Shown: positions 62,319 through 64,000 of the stretch, piece by piece
Position numbering within the stretch: the stretch's first letter is position 1
How the letters are laid out: each line of letters begins with the position of its first letter
Source: Isurus oxyrinchus
Taxonomy: Eukaryota
Length of the DNA stretch: 64,000 nucleotides
Assembly (NCBI GenBank): GCA_026770705.1
Contig: JANJGN010000036.1
Coordinates: 2,604,001 to 2,668,000, forward strand
Reading direction: 5' to 3'
Program-made: the position numbers and the translations under genes
Notes under the pieces: model-generated
Told to the model about the DNA's origin: nothing
The model's database searches: none
What the model saw: the letters and a program-made list of their open reading frames with translations, nothing else

Positions 62319-64000
62319 AGAAGACGGGTCGCAGATAAGAATCTGGGCATTTTCTTTCTGACGAAATTTGGAGGAGGCAGGATTTGCCCAATAACCCACA
62401 GCCTCGTGGATACAAAACGGAGCCATGGAGACCCCCATGAATCAACTAAGCTGCTCGTGCCAGAAGTTACAAAAAACAGTCTCCTTTTGTAAAATGTGAA
62501 ATAAGTTGTTTTCAGGATTTTGCGGGTATTCCACTGCCTTCGTGTAATTCAAATATGAAAAAAAAACACTGAACAAATCTTAGGGACATTCTTCAGTTCC
62601 TCTGGACCTTTTCTGCTGATCCTGAAATTCCAGTCACAGACAGGATTTTTAATTCTTTGCAAACGTCTGTATGTAAAGTATGTATGTAATAAATTATTCT
62701 TCCATTATAACGATTCATCAGAGATGTGTATCGATTAACAATTAGCTTATAATTAAATGCCAATGGATGAAACTGCAAATCATGTTGAGCTGACAAAATC
62801 AGCACTGGATTGAAATGGTTTGGTGGTGGTGTTCCCTGCCTGAATTTCATTTACATAATTAGAACACAGCAGGAAAAGGACACGGGCCCTCATGCTGGAA
62901 CCTTGTGATGACCCCATTTTAATTTTACAGAGTGTGTTCTGCTTTGAGCTTAGTTTTAAATACATATGTCAGAGTCTTTGGTTCAGTGCAGTGTGTTTTG
63001 GAAAAAGAGGTGACTTTGCAGATATGTTTCCCCAAGCCGATCACCACTGGGCCATTCACTGCTCATGCCTGCAATGTTGTAGACAAATTAATAGGGATTT
63101 ACTACCATAGCAACCCAATGATCATCGTACCACTGAACCGCCAGCCTGGCAGGGTGCAATCTGGATTGATGGGTTTTTTTCTGTTTGTCTGTTTTTATTT
63201 CCCTATTTTCCTGATCTCTGGTTTGCAAAATTTTGCAACAATGTTTTCAATCAGAGAGATAGAGGATTGCACAGAACCCGGGCACACGTCATTGACGATC
63301 AAGGTCATATCAGTCTATATCTTGTTATTCTGTTTATTCAGGAACCAAAAGGTAAAGACGGACGAGATAAATAAGCAACATAAACAGCTCCTGCTAAAGT
63401 CACTTTCAAGATCCATCTCGCAGAAACTGTGCAATAAACCTGTTGATTATTTAATTGAGCTCCTGACTGTGGTGACCTGGTTAATGTGAATTTAGCTTGT
63501 ATTGTAGTGTTATTACAGCAGATATAATTTTACCAGGACTCGGGTTAAGAAGGTTAAACAAGAAGAATAGGTTGCTCAGACTAGGCTTGCACTCCCTCCG
63601 TGATGATGTTTCTGGTCCACACGAGCCACCTCCCACCCTCTCTGCATCCCACCCCATGAACAAATCATTACATCTATTTTTTCTCTCATATAATTATTCA
63701 AATTCCCCTGAAAAGCACGGCTGATAGTCACCTCAACTTCTCCCCCGGGATCGATTTCCGCATTATACCCACTCTCTGTGTAAAGAAGATTATCTTGAAT
63801 TCCCCACTGGATTTATTAGCGAATATCTTAAACTGATTGCCTGTCGTTCGTGTTACCCCTTCAAGTATCCAATAATTTCATAATTTTGAAGGCCTCTATC
63901 AGGTCAGCCCAGCAGTCTACTCTTTTCTAGACAAAAGAGTGCCAGCCTGTTCAGTCCTACCTGAAATCATAAACTCTTATTTCTGTTATCATTCCAGGAA

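Noticed and set aside
62932-63489. 185-aa ORF
   Set aside because: No ATG start, no recognisable motif, no coherent splice structure. The hydrophobic stretches come from T-rich DNA.

Overview
Vertebrate genomic DNA, almost certainly from a shark or another cartilaginous fish. This rests on the Ig light-chain type, CR1 LINEs, Deu-type and tRNA-derived SINEs, and a GPR139-like gene. Three protein-coding units can be rebuilt by hand. (1) A complete, unrearranged single-cluster Ig light-chain locus on the minus strand: leader, V, 12-RSS, 386 bp V-J interval, 23-RSS, J, C (18957-21578). It matches the type I / sigma-cart (NS5-like) isotype and has an octamer promoter. (2) A two-exon GPR139-like GPCR broken by two frameshifts (46565-49104, minus). 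(3) The most interesting unit, a plus-strand, apparently intact, non-rearranging antigen-receptor-like gene (53109 to about 60182 or 62318). It has a leader, one exon with V and J already fused and no RSS, a C1-set domain, an Arg-containing TM exon preceded by CxC, and several candidate tail exons carrying either a YxxM or an ITIM-like motif. The rest is a mosaic of local duplications, minisatellites, relic exons of an unidentified multi-copy gene and retroelement debris. One minisatellite is a 30-bp doubly palindromic unit made of kappaB-like and YY1-like cores, arrayed on both sides of the IgL cluster. Six N-runs limit what can be seen. All exon models were made by eye from splice signals and reading phase and need transcript confirmation.
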